The notes under the pieces are model-generated. The model was not told the origin of the DNA, searched no databases, and saw only the letters and a program-made list of their open reading frames with translations. Positions 48,767 to 56,928 of a DNA stretch of 56,928 nucleotides are shown one piece after another. Origin of the DNA: Gemmatimonadota bacterium. Lineage in GTDB: Bacteria; Gemmatimonadota; Gemmatimonadetes; Longimicrobiales; Gaopeijiaceae. The stretch's first letter is position 1. Each line of letters opens with the position of its first letter. The DNA lies in contig VXLT01000318.1 of assembly GCA_009841475.1 (NCBI GenBank), forward strand, positions 1-56,928. Reading direction: 5' to 3'. Position numbers and translations under genes: made by a program.

Positions 48767-49963
48767 CTAGGTTGACCTCCGCACCAACCGGTGCAGCTGG
48801 ATGTGTGGAACCCCCATTTCATCGAGCCGGGCTCCGAGCAGGTAGTCATCTCCCACCTCGTAGAGCCAGAAATACCCGTCGAACCGGCCTTCCCCACGGA
48901 ACCGGCCTTCCGGGTCGAAGGCGTCGAAGACCGATTCGTCCTGCATTCCCCGCATGGGCGCCCGCCGGACCCAGATGTCTCCCTGGCTGCCCACTGTCAG
49001 GCCGAGTGAGGCAGGCACCAGATCGGGGATCTCGGGCCTGGCCGGGGCCGGTCCCATCGGCGGGGGCCGCATCGCCATCTCCATTGCCGCCTCCACCTCC
49101 CGGTCCGTGGGGGCGCGCCGGCCGTACACACGGCGGATGATGCGCATCAACCGTCCCTCGGGACTCCACACTTCAACCGAATACTCGGGATTGTTGACGA
49201 TTGCGACGATCATCGGCGATCCGCCGGACGCGACCCAGGTGCCGCTGGAGAAGAGGACACCCTCGTCCGCTCCCACGTAGAAACCCAATGACACCTCCGT
49301 TCCATCGGAAGTCGCGCGCAGCAGCTGTGCGACCAACCGCGAGCCCCAGCGGTCGCCGACTTCGGGCCGGCCAAGCGCGCAATGGAACCGGGACCCATCC
49401 GCAAGCAGCGCGCTGGGACCGCACGCGGCACGTTTCCTGGCAACCAGGTCCGCCGAGTCGATCCTCCACTCGCTCAGGTAATCTCCGTTGGAGGCGAACG
49501 AGATGTAGCGGTCGATCGCTTCGACCAGCAGAATGTCTCCCGGCAGACGCACGAAGGTCGAGGCGTAGTGGAACTCGCCCGGTCCCTCGCCCCTGCCCCC
49601 GGTGGTCCGCAGGTGCTGGCCCTCCGCGTCGAAGAAACGCAGTTCCGACGTCTCGCTCTCGAGGACGACGAGGCGGCCGTCGCCGAACCGGGCGGCCTGC
49701 GTGACGACCGTGAACTGGGCCGGAGGGGCCGCGGAAACACCGCCGATCGTCAGGAACGGCTCCGCTTCCACTACCCAGCGGTTCTCCGGCGATGGCAAGC
49801 CGGTGTTCTCGGCGATCAGAATACCGGCGGAATCCCGGGTTGCGTACGGGACATCCGGCACCGGTGCTGCCTCCGTCTGACACGCGAGGGCGACGGTAGT
49901 GCAACCGGCAGCGACAATGATCCTTCCGGCATTCAAGGGCTTCAGGGGATCCTCCCGGAGCAA
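48767..49963 (-). CDS. Six-bladed beta-propeller lipoprotein, paralog 3
   Basis: Lipobox IIVAAGC. Signature TTGGRGEGPGEFHY. Its stop codon abuts the PadR start codon with 0-nt spacing. Confidence 0.75.
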   Translation of the reverse strand: MLREDPLKPLNAGRIIVAAGCTTVALACQTEAAPVPDVPYATRDSAGILIAENTGLPSPENRWVVEAEPFLTIGGVSAAPPAQFTVVTQAARFGDGRLVVLESETSELRFFDAEGQHLRTTGGRGEGPGEFHYASTFVRLPGDILLVEAIDRYISFASNGDYLSEWRIDSADLVARKRAACGPSALLADGSRFHCALGRPEVGDRWGSRLVAQLLRATSDGTEVSLGFYVGADEGVLFSSGTWVASGGSPMIVAIVNNPEYSVEVWSPEGRLMRIIRRVYGRRAPTDREVEAAMEMAMRPPPMGPAPARPEIPDLVPASLGLTVGSQGDIWVRRAPMRGMQDESVFDAFDPEGRFRGEGRFDGYFWLYEVGDDYLLGARLDEMGVPHIQLHRLVRRST

Positions 49964-50122
49964 CGTATCTCATTCCTTCCCTCGGGTATGGGAATAATAT
50001 ATAGGTAATCTTTATATCGCAAGTCTGACTATTCGACTGAACTGCGTGGGGGGGGCTCGCCGCCATGCCGGCTTGGGCGCGCCTGGAACGATCACTTGCG
50101 GAGTGCCCGCGGACGTTCCCAC

Positions 50123-50169
50123 TTGACGTTGTACGTCAGTGTGTAGTATCATTAATACAGATTGACGTA
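50123..50169 (+). promoter_or_regulatory. Candidate promoter/operator of the blaI-like operon
   Basis: Inverted repeat TGACGT-tgt-ACGTCA at 50124-50138. An outer pair TACGTCA...TGACGTA spans 50132-50169 and encloses GTATCATTAATAC. -35-like TTGACG boxes occur at 50123 and 50162, and a TAGTAT box at 50144. Confidence 0.35.
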
Positions 50170-50202
50170 TGACACCGATTCCCAGGACCAGGGAGACCGC
50201 GA

Positions 50203-50574
50203 ATGGGCCTGCCGAGAATCCCGAACTCCGAGCTGGCCGTGATGGAGCTGCTCTGGCGGAAGGGCAGGCTGTCCGCACGCCAGATCCTGGAGCGGCTCTA
50301 CCCGGACTCGGCCACGTCCCAGCACGGTGCCGTCCAGAGTCTGCTGCGACGGCTCATGCAGAAGGGCTTCGTGGTCCGCGACCGCGACGTGGGCGTCTAC
50401 CTGTTCTCGGCTGTCCCGAGCCGGGAGGAGTATGCGGGTGACCGTCTCGATGCCCTCGCCGGCCGGCTGACCGGCGGTTCGGTGGTTCCGATCATCACGC
50501 AACTGCTGGCGGCGGACAGGCTGCCAAGGGAGGAGATCGACAGGCTCCGCAGGATCCTGGAGGAGTGGAAGTGA
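50203..50574 (+). CDS. BlaI/MecI/CopY-family transcriptional repressor
   Basis: ELAVMELLWRKGRLSARQILERL...QSLLRRLMQKGFVVRDRD..VYLFSAV. Confidence 0.85.
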   Translation: MGLPRIPNSELAVMELLWRKGRLSARQILERLYPDSATSQHGAVQSLLRRLMQKGFVVRDRDVGVYLFSAVPSREEYAGDRLDALAGRLTGGSVVPIITQLLAADRLPREEIDRLRRILEEWK

Positions 50575-52055
50575 CGAGCATCCTGTTACAGATCGGCGCC
50601 ACGAAGCTGGGCCTCGCGATCGTTCTGGCCGGGATGGTCTGGGTGGTCCAGCCGCGCGTGAAGCGGCCGGCCATAGTCCACGCCCTTTGGCTGATGGTCC
50701 TCGGCGTCATGCTGGTGCCCGCGGTCGTGCCACTTCGCGTGCTGCCGGAGGTGGAGGCTGTGCGGGAGGCGGTGGCGTCGGAATACGGCCCGCTGCTCAT
50801 TGCGAACCCGGAGGTCGGTGGGGAGTTCATTGCCCCTGCGGGTTGGTTCATGGAGGACGCAGAGCCGCTGGTCGCGCTCGTGTGGCTTCTGGGTTCGGCC
50901 GCGTTCTTCGGTTGGACCCTGGTGCGGACGGTGCGCTTTCAACGAACCCTCACCAGGGCTGCCCGGCCGGCCCGGCAATTGCAGCGGCTCGCGGACGAGA
51001 TTGGCGACGCGCTCGGCCTGCCGCGAGTGCCGCAAGTCCATACGACGAATTCACGCTTGCGCCCGATGGTTTGGTGGTCGGGTGGCCGTGTCCGGATTCT
51101 GATCCCCTCCATGTTCCTCTCCGAACTCGACGAGACGGAGCTTCGGGCCGTGCTGGCACATGAACTGGCGCATGTCAGGCGCCGGGACTACCTGGTGCGA
51201 ATAGTGGAATGGCTGGCGTGCTCGGCCTACTGGTGGAATCCATTCGTCTGGTGGGCAAGGCGAGAGCTGCGGTCGGCGGAGGAGTCGAGTTGCGACGTCG
51301 TCGCAGTGTCCGCGTTGAAGTCGACGCGCGTACGGTATGCCCGATCTTTGCTGCGCGTGGTCGAGGTCATGTCGTCCGCACCGGTCGTGCGGACTCCGGC
51401 GCTGGCCAGTGCGGCGGACGGTGGCCGGGATTCGAGGCAACTGGAGAAGAGGCTCCGGACGATTCTGGCGGCCGCTCCGGTGTCGGACAAGCCGGGGTGG
51501 CTTTGTGCGGTCCGGAGGGCTGCGCTGGTGTGTGGCCTGTGTGCCGGACTGGTGTATTGCGATGCGGCCGAGCGGGTGGCGGCGCCCGAGGTGGCGACGG
51601 TGCCCGAGGTCGGAGAGATGTCACCGACCGCCAAGCCGGATTCACTGGCCGGGGCCCGGGTCGTCGAACCCGGCCTGATCGTGTTCCTTTCCGGCACGCG
51701 GCGGGACTGGTTCGTCGCATGGGATGTGGCGAGGGTCGCGTCAGGTCCCCGTCCTTCCGGCCTGGGGGTCCAAGCCCCGCCGAACTGTTACCTCGACCCG
51801 GTGGAGCGGAGTGACCGGGACCTCCAGTGGGCCCACGATCGCCGCGATAAGCACATCCAGTGCATGATCGCGTGGGCGGACACGATGGATGCGCGAGGAG
51901 TGCCCCGCGGGCCCAACGGTGGGTGCATCGGTTTTGACGTGGTCCCGGACCGGCCCATTTGGGCATGCACAAGCAGGACACCTGTCGACATAGAGCGCTT
52001 TGTCAAGGTGGGTGCGATCGGGTATGCCCTGAGAGCGGAGCTGCCGGAATCGTGA
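50565..52055 (+). CDS. BlaR1-like M56 metallopeptidase/signal transducer with an unrecognised C-terminal domain
   Basis: N-terminal TM segments. HExxH motif LRAVLAHELAHVRRRDYL. WWNPFVWWARREL...EESSCD. The last 200 aa or so (Cys-containing) show no penicillin-binding motifs. Start is GTG 50565 or GTG 50571, overlapping the blaI stop. Confidence 0.8.
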   Translation: MEVTSILLQIGATKLGLAIVLAGMVWVVQPRVKRPAIVHALWLMVLGVMLVPAVVPLRVLPEVEAVREAVASEYGPLLIANPEVGGEFIAPAGWFMEDAEPLVALVWLLGSAAFFGWTLVRTVRFQRTLTRAARPARQLQRLADEIGDALGLPRVPQVHTTNSRLRPMVWWSGGRVRILIPSMFLSELDETELRAVLAHELAHVRRRDYLVRIVEWLACSAYWWNPFVWWARRELRSAEESSCDVVAVSALKSTRVRYARSLLRVVEVMSSAPVVRTPALASAADGGRDSRQLEKRLRTILAAAPVSDKPGWLCAVRRAALVCGLCAGLVYCDAAERVAAPEVATVPEVGEMSPTAKPDSLAGARVVEPGLIVFLSGTRRDWFVAWDVARVASGPRPSGLGVQAPPNCYLDPVERSDRDLQWAHDRRDKHIQCMIAWADTMDARGVPRGPNGGCIGFDVVPDRPIWACTSRTPVDIERFVKVGAIGYALRAELPES

Positions 52056-53176
52056 TTGGGCTGCGCAGTGCCCGATGGCGTGCGGGATTGCTGCCGGCCG
52101 TCCTGCTGGCGTTTGGGTGCGGTGACGGTGAGCCGAACGCGGTGGCGCGACCCGACGTGATCGATGCACTGCCGGCGGACACTGCCGTGATCACCACGGA
52201 CTCCATCCCGGGCGGGCTGACTGCGGACGCCCTGGCGGAGTGGCGGGCAGCAAGGGACGCACTTGTCGGCGCCGGTTCCCTGCTGGGCATCGGCGACTAC
52301 GAGGAGGGTCCGGCGGTTTTCGGAGAGATCACGGACGCTGCGATCGACGGAGCCGGCAATATCCTGGTCCTTGACCGGCAGGCGGTGAGAGGCTCCGTCT
52401 TCGACTCCGAAGGTGGATTCCTGGGGAGTTTTGGCGGGAGAGGAGATGGCCCGCAGGAACTGCGGGAGCCGAGGCACTTCACATTGCTCGGGGAAGACCG
52501 CATCGCCGTGCCCATACCCGGTCGCATCAAGGTTTTCCGTCCCGAGGAAGGCCAGTGGCGGCTGGGTGACCTGGTAGAGCTTTCGCTGCTTACGAATGAC
52601 ATATGCACAACGAGTGACGACCGGCTTTTCGTCTCCGCGTGGCAAGAGGAGGGGAATACGGTAGTTCACGAAATCTCCGGCTCCGAAATCGCTGCAAGTT
52701 TTGGAACGGGATACCCAAGCGAAGACTGGCTATTACGGTTTCAGTTGTCGGAGGGCCTGCTCGCCTGTATGACCCATCCACCCGGATTGGCTCATGCCCT
52801 CCGGTACGCTCCGCAGGTGCGATTGTTCGCGTTGGACGGGTCCCTCCTGTGGAGCGCCGCTCTGTCCGACTACACGCCAATCGAGACCTCGACGACCCCC
52901 GGAAGCGTGTCGATGAGCATCTCTGAAGACTATGATCTGTTGGCGTCGATCCATGGAACGCCTTCGGGTCACATCGTTCTCCAGTACGCCCATCGCCGAG
53001 CTGGGACCGATCCGCACCTGCGCACCTATCTGGTCGATGCGGCGACCGGCTCGGGGGCGCTTGTGAGCAGCGATCTGCCGTCGATCAAATTCATCGGCCC
53101 CGACAGCTACATTGCAGCATTCGCCGATCCGTATCCACGGATTGAGGTGCGGGAAGTCGACGGATGGGAGGGTTGA
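52052..53176 (+). CDS. Six-bladed beta-propeller lipoprotein, paralog 4
   Basis: GTG start overlaps the BlaR1 stop (GTGA). Lipobox LLAFGC. Signature SFGGRGDGPQEL. Confidence 0.7.
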   Translation: MIGLRSARWRAGLLPAVLLAFGCGDGEPNAVARPDVIDALPADTAVITTDSIPGGLTADALAEWRAARDALVGAGSLLGIGDYEEGPAVFGEITDAAIDGAGNILVLDRQAVRGSVFDSEGGFLGSFGGRGDGPQELREPRHFTLLGEDRIAVPIPGRIKVFRPEEGQWRLGDLVELSLLTNDICTTSDDRLFVSAWQEEGNTVVHEISGSEIAASFGTGYPSEDWLLRFQLSEGLLACMTHPPGLAHALRYAPQVRLFALDGSLLWSAALSDYTPIETSTTPGSVSMSISEDYDLLASIHGTPSGHIVLQYAHRRAGTDPHLRTYLVDAATGSGALVSSDLPSIKFIGPDSYIAAFADPYPRIEVREVDGWEG

Positions 53177-53177
53177 C

Positions 53178-54431
53178 GTGAGAAGCCGGATCCGCCTTGC
53201 CGTCCTTGCCACCCTCACCGCCCTTGCCTGTTCGCCGGACGACGATTCCGGCGGCGCCGGAATCCGCAACGACGACGAAGCCGGCCAGCGCCCGGCGTCA
53301 GCGGACACCGTCTGGCGGATCGAACCTCAACCGACCCTCGTTCTCGGGCAGGCCGAGGAGCAGGAGGAGCAACATTTCTACCTGATTCGGGGAGTCACGC
53401 GTCTCTCCACCGGGGTGGTCGTGGTGCTGGACGGTGCTTCCCGGGAACTGCGCGCGTTTTCTCCTGACGGGACGCATCTGTGGACCGCGGGCGGGCCCGG
53501 GGACGGCCCTGGTGAAATGCGGAACCCCGCCCAGCTAGAACGGCTTCCGGACGACATTCTGCAGGTGCAGGACTGGCTCTCCAGGATTCGATACGGGTCC
53601 GACGGCAGGTTGATCGCGGACCAGCAGCTGGCGGTGGCCGAGCTGTCGAAGTTCGGCCGGTACTATGCGGCGGAGTGTCACACCCCCTCGTTCGTCGGCG
53701 ACGCGGTGCTCGCGTGTACGGGTGGCTTCGACGCGAGGCAGGTGCCCCGCCAGGCGGGGCCGTGGCGAGGCGAGACCGAGCTGGCACTGCTGCCGTGGGA
53801 TCTGGACTCGATCAACCGTTTGGGCGTGTTCCTGAGGGAGGAAGCCTGGGCACTTCCCCCTGAGGAGCCTCTGGTCGTGCCCGAAGGGATCACGGTGCTC
53901 CGTACCGGACCGATCTTGCGACATGCCTCGCCGCCGATGTCGCGAAAGGGGTTGTTTGCGGTGGGCGGATGGCCGCGGAGGCTTGCGGTGGCGGACAGCT
54001 GGGGGGATTCGGTGCGCACATTCGATCTGACTGCGGACAGTTCGCTCCCCGATATGACCATGCCGATCAGGCATTCTCGGCGACCTGCGACCGGCGACGA
54101 AATGGACGCGGCCTGGGAGGCTGCAGCCGCGCGGAGTTTCAGTTCACCGCAGCACCTGCGGGAGCACCTTCCGGAACCCGACTCGATTCCCAACGTCGAT
54201 CGTCTGGTGGTCGACGACCTGGGCATGGTTTGGGTCGGGTCGTACGTGGCTGATCCTGCCGCGCCGCGATTGTATGAGGTGTATGACCCGGAAGGGCGAT
54301 TCGTGGCCCGGGTGACGATGCCGGGCGGCGTTGAGGTGGTGGAGATCGGAGCCGGGCATGTGCTCGGCGTCAACCGTGACGAGATGGATGTCGAGCGGGT
54401 CGTGGTGCTGACGCTGGTGCGGGAGCCCTGA
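53178..54431 (+). CDS. Six-bladed beta-propeller lipoprotein, paralog 5
   Basis: GTG start 1 nt after the upstream stop. Lipobox LTALAC. Signature TAGGPGDGPGEM. Confidence 0.7.
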   Translation: MRSRIRLAVLATLTALACSPDDDSGGAGIRNDDEAGQRPASADTVWRIEPQPTLVLGQAEEQEEQHFYLIRGVTRLSTGVVVVLDGASRELRAFSPDGTHLWTAGGPGDGPGEMRNPAQLERLPDDILQVQDWLSRIRYGSDGRLIADQQLAVAELSKFGRYYAAECHTPSFVGDAVLACTGGFDARQVPRQAGPWRGETELALLPWDLDSINRLGVFLREEAWALPPEEPLVVPEGITVLRTGPILRHASPPMSRKGLFAVGGWPRRLAVADSWGDSVRTFDLTADSSLPDMTMPIRHSRRPATGDEMDAAWEAAAARSFSSPQHLREHLPEPDSIPNVDRLVVDDLGMVWVGSYVADPAAPRLYEVYDPEGRFVARVTMPGGVEVVEIGAGHVLGVNRDEMDVERVVVLTLVREP

Positions 54432-54612
54432 GGGGACTGACGGGCTTCGCCAGTAAAACGCCCAGACCGTCTGGTGCAGCGGCGGATGGAGTGAGGGCGT
54501 AGCAGCTGGGCTTGACCACGGGAGCGGGCCGGTGTACTACGGCCTCCTGCGCGACGAGTGGAAGATCACGTCAGGATCGAATAACCCACTTTACTTTTCG
54601 CCCGTTCGGCGA

Positions 54613-55053
54613 CTACGCCGGACCCGATGGGAGGGGATGGCGCCATTTCAGTCCCTCGAAGCGACTGAAATCGCGATCGGTGGTCACCCACTCGCACCCG
54701 CTCTCGATCGCCATGGCGGCGAAGTACGCGTCGGGGACGAGGTTGCCCCTCGCGGCAGCCTGTTGGCAAAGCCGCACGAAGATGGACCAATGGCGAGCGC
54801 CCGGTGTCACTTCGATGCAGTTGGGCCGCGCGCGGAGTTGCTCCGCAAAAGTTGTCGCATCGGAAAGAGTGCTCGGCACCTTGAACACCCTGGGGTGCGT
54901 GACCACGCGGATGAATCCACTGAGTACCAGCGGACTTAGCCCGAAGGCCGCGTCGGAGTCGACCTCGGCGACCAGCCATTCGAGATATCGGTCGTGATCC
55001 CGAGCGTCCTGGCGATGGGCGTACACGAGGACGTTGACGTCGGGGAGAATCAA
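54613..55053 (-). CDS. vapC: PIN-domain toxin (VapC)
   Basis: MILPDVNVLVYA (first Asp). LVPDAYFAAMAIESGCEWVTTDRDF (last Asp motifs). 4-nt overlap with the upstream antitoxin gene. Confidence 0.85.
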   Translation of the reverse strand: MILPDVNVLVYAHRQDARDHDRYLEWLVAEVDSDAAFGLSPLVLSGFIRVVTHPRVFKVPSTLSDATTFAEQLRARPNCIEVTPGARHWSIFVRLCQQAAARGNLVPDAYFAAMAIESGCEWVTTDRDFSRFEGLKWRHPLPSGPA

Positions 55054-55298
55054 CCGCCGCCCTCCATCAGATCCATGAGGGTTGCGGAATCGTCAAGGTC
55101 GACGCCGGGTAGCAGGCCACCCTTCCCCGTGGTGACAAGATCCAGCGGCGCAGGCGGTTTCGAGGTCCGGCCCCTGTGTCGCTCCAGCCGTTCCCGCAAC
55201 GCTTCGGTAATGACGGCGGTCACGGTCGTTCCCGACTCGAGTGCGTGACGCTTCACTGCCTGCATGAGATGGTCGTCCAACCGAATCGTGGTTCGCAT
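55050..55298 (-). CDS. vapB: Ribbon-helix-helix antitoxin (VapB)
   Basis: MRTTIRLDDHLMQAVKRHALESGTTVTAVITEALRERL. An inverted repeat ATGAC-ataaa-GTCAT (55297-55311) spans the start codon and is a possible operator. Confidence 0.8.
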   Translation of the reverse strand: MRTTIRLDDHLMQAVKRHALESGTTVTAVITEALRERLERHRGRTSKPPAPLDLVTTGKGGLLPGVDLDDSATLMDLMEGGG

Positions 55299-55597
55299 GA
55301 CATAAAGTCATATATTACTGATGGCAATATGTCAACCGATGCTCGAGCGTGGGGTGTTCTACGCCCCTTGCCTGGTAGGATCCCCGGGCACCGGGGACCG
55401 GGTTCAACCGGACCTGCTCCTCGTGTCCGAAGAAAGGCGGGAGATCATCGGGGGGCGGCTGTACGTGCGATCCCGGAAGGGGGCCCCCTGGAGTCGCGGT
55501 TCAGTCCGGACCCTGCCACCTGCACGGGAAGCTCTACCGAAGCGCCACGTTGAGTGGTACGATGTCGGAAGTCCCCCCACACCCCCGGAGAACCCCC

Positions 55598-56065
55598 ATG
55601 GCCCGCCAGTACTGGCTCATGAAGAGCGAGCCCTACGTCTACTCGATCGACGACCTGCAGCGCGACGGCACGACCCACTGGGACGGCGTCCGCAACTACG
55701 CCGCGCGCAACCTCATGCGCGACAGGATGCGGATCGGCGACCGGGTGCTCTACTACCACTCGAACGCCAAGCCGCCGGGTGTCGCCGGAATCGCCGAGGT
55801 GTGCCGCGAGTCCTACCCCGATTTCACCCAGTTCGACGCGTCGAACAAGTACTTCGACCCGAAGGCGACCGAGGAGAATCCGCGCTGGTTCATGGTCGAC
55901 GTCCGGTTCGTGGAGAAGTTCGAGCGCGAGGTGTCGCTGCCGGAGATCCGGGAGACGCCGGAGTTGGCCGAGATGGTCCTGGTGAACCGTAGCCGGCTTT
56001 CGGTACAGCCGGTGACGCAAGCCGAATTCGAGCACATCGTCACGATGGCGGGGAACCGGTCGTGA
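55598..56065 (+). CDS. EVE-domain protein (PUA-like)
   Basis: MARQYWLMKSEPYVYSIDDL...THWDGVRNYAARNLMRDRMRIGDRVLYYHSN...GVAGIAEV...NPRWFMVDV. Confidence 0.85.
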   Translation: MARQYWLMKSEPYVYSIDDLQRDGTTHWDGVRNYAARNLMRDRMRIGDRVLYYHSNAKPPGVAGIAEVCRESYPDFTQFDASNKYFDPKATEENPRWFMVDVRFVEKFEREVSLPEIRETPELAEMVLVNRSRLSVQPVTQAEFEHIVTMAGNRS

Positions 56066-56928
56066 TCTTCCGGCGACCCTCCCCGGCAGCCCGTGGACAG
56101 AATCCCGGCTCTGTCCGGGGACTGCTCGCCCTGATCGGGGGCGCGTCCTTCTGCCTTGCCTGCACGGGCGCGCCGGACGATCCCGCCCAATCGGAGGCCG
56201 GAGAGTGGGAGCTCGTCGAGGATCTGCGCCTCGACGCGAACGCCGAGGACTTTTCGGTGGTCCGGTGGGTCTTCGTCGGACCGCAGAGCGAGATCGTCGT
56301 GCATGAGCCGCAGGACGTGCGGTTGCGGCTCTATGACTCGACCGGATCGCTGGTGGCCACGATCGGGAGGATGGGGGAGGGCCCCGGAGAGTTCCGGCAT
56401 CTGGGTCCCGTCCTTTGGGCTGCCGACACGCTGATTGTCGTGGATGCGCGACTGAGCCGCACGACGTACTGGCTGCCGGATGGAACCCTGGTCCGCACGG
56501 AGCCGATGCGGTTCTTTGAACCGAACTGGGATGCGGAGGGAGGGAGCAGCTTCTTCCACACCTTCGGTCCACAAGCCGTTGACGACAGCGGTGCGATGCT
56601 TGGGGTGGCATATCGGACGAGTGTTTCGACCACCGGAACGTGGGAGTCGTCGGCGCAGGTGGTGCTGCGGGTGGGTCGTGACGGGGAGCCCGGCGTTCTC
56701 GCCGTGCCTCCGCAGACCGACGACGAGCGTTGGGGCGTCACCGTGTCCGGCGTCACCAACCCGGTTCCCTTCGCATTCCAGCCCTGGCCTGAATTCGCAC
56801 CGGACGGAAGCCGATTCCTGTTCGCTACGACCGATCAATCGACTCTCGACGGCACCATCAGCCTAACGATGATCCGCCCGTCCGGCGGACGGGCAGAAAT
56901 CCGCATCGTCTCATGGCTGTTGAACTTA
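56062..56928 (+). CDS. Six-bladed beta-propeller lipoprotein, paralog 6 (3'-partial, runs off the window)
   Basis: Not in the ORF track. My manual translation from GTG 56062 (which overlaps the EVE stop, GTGA) stays open for 289 codons to the window end. Lipobox SFCLAC. Signature TIGRMGEGPGEFRHLG. Confidence 0.7.
   Translation, partial: MIFRRPSPAARGQNPGSVRGLLALIGGASFCLACTGAPDDPAQSEAGEWELVEDLRLDANAEDFSVVRWVFVGPQSEIVVHEPQDVRLRLYDSTGSLVATIGRMGEGPGEFRHLGPVLWAADTLIVVDARLSRTTYWLPDGTLVRTEPMRFFEPNWDAEGGSSFFHTFGPQAVDDSGAMLGVAYRTSVSTTGTWESSAQVVLRVGRDGEPGVLAVPPQTDDERWGVTVSGVTNPVPFAFQPWPEFAPDGSRFLFATTDQSTLDGTISLTMIRPSGGRAEIRIVSWLLNL

Noticed and set aside
55598-56065. EVE-domain gene as part of a modification-dependent restriction system.
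   Set aside because: It is a stand-alone EVE/PUA-like protein of the widespread housekeeping type, with no fused or adjacent nuclease. Its only coupling is to a propeller paralog.

Overview
High-GC bacterial contig, probably environmental or from a MAG. I cannot assign taxonomy from the sequence alone. It reads as four blocks.

(1) 1-15.2 kb is an accessory, defence-island-like stretch. It starts with a QatABCD operon whose QatA is 5'-truncated behind an artefact-like poly-C contig end. Next come a frameshifted PIN gene and a translationally coupled GHKL-ATPase / orphan protein / beta-class DNA methyltransferase operon. The rest holds decayed coding remnants, a stand-alone EEP-family nuclease/phosphatase and an IS701-like transposase remnant.

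(2) 15.2-21.4 kb is a mirror-symmetric locus. A single-polypeptide GAF-PAS-HisKA-HATPase-REC-OmpR hybrid regulator sits between two inverted copies of a 96-nt promoter/leader module. Each copy drives a Cys-rich secreted protein followed by a beta-propeller protein.

(3) About 22.0-38.7 kb is an integrative conjugative element. It carries an AlpA-like regulator, a Trb/VirB-type T4SS, a coupling protein, ArdC, two replication-relaxation-like proteins, an Xis-like gene and a tyrosine integrase. I found no canonical relaxase.

(4) 38.7-56.9 kb is core-like. It encodes SSB, a sigma-70 factor, an Omp85 protein, maeB, pckA and an M23 peptidase. It then has PadR- and BlaI/BlaR1-headed operons, vapBC, an EVE-domain gene and four more copies of the propeller family, giving six copies in the window.

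I saw no rRNA, tRNA or CRISPR array. The many long antisense ORFs are GC-driven shadow ORFs. The two best candidates for something undescribed are the GHKL-orphan-methyltransferase operon and the mirrored Cys-rich-protein/propeller locus. All family assignments rest on motifs I read in the ORF translations; no database search was run.
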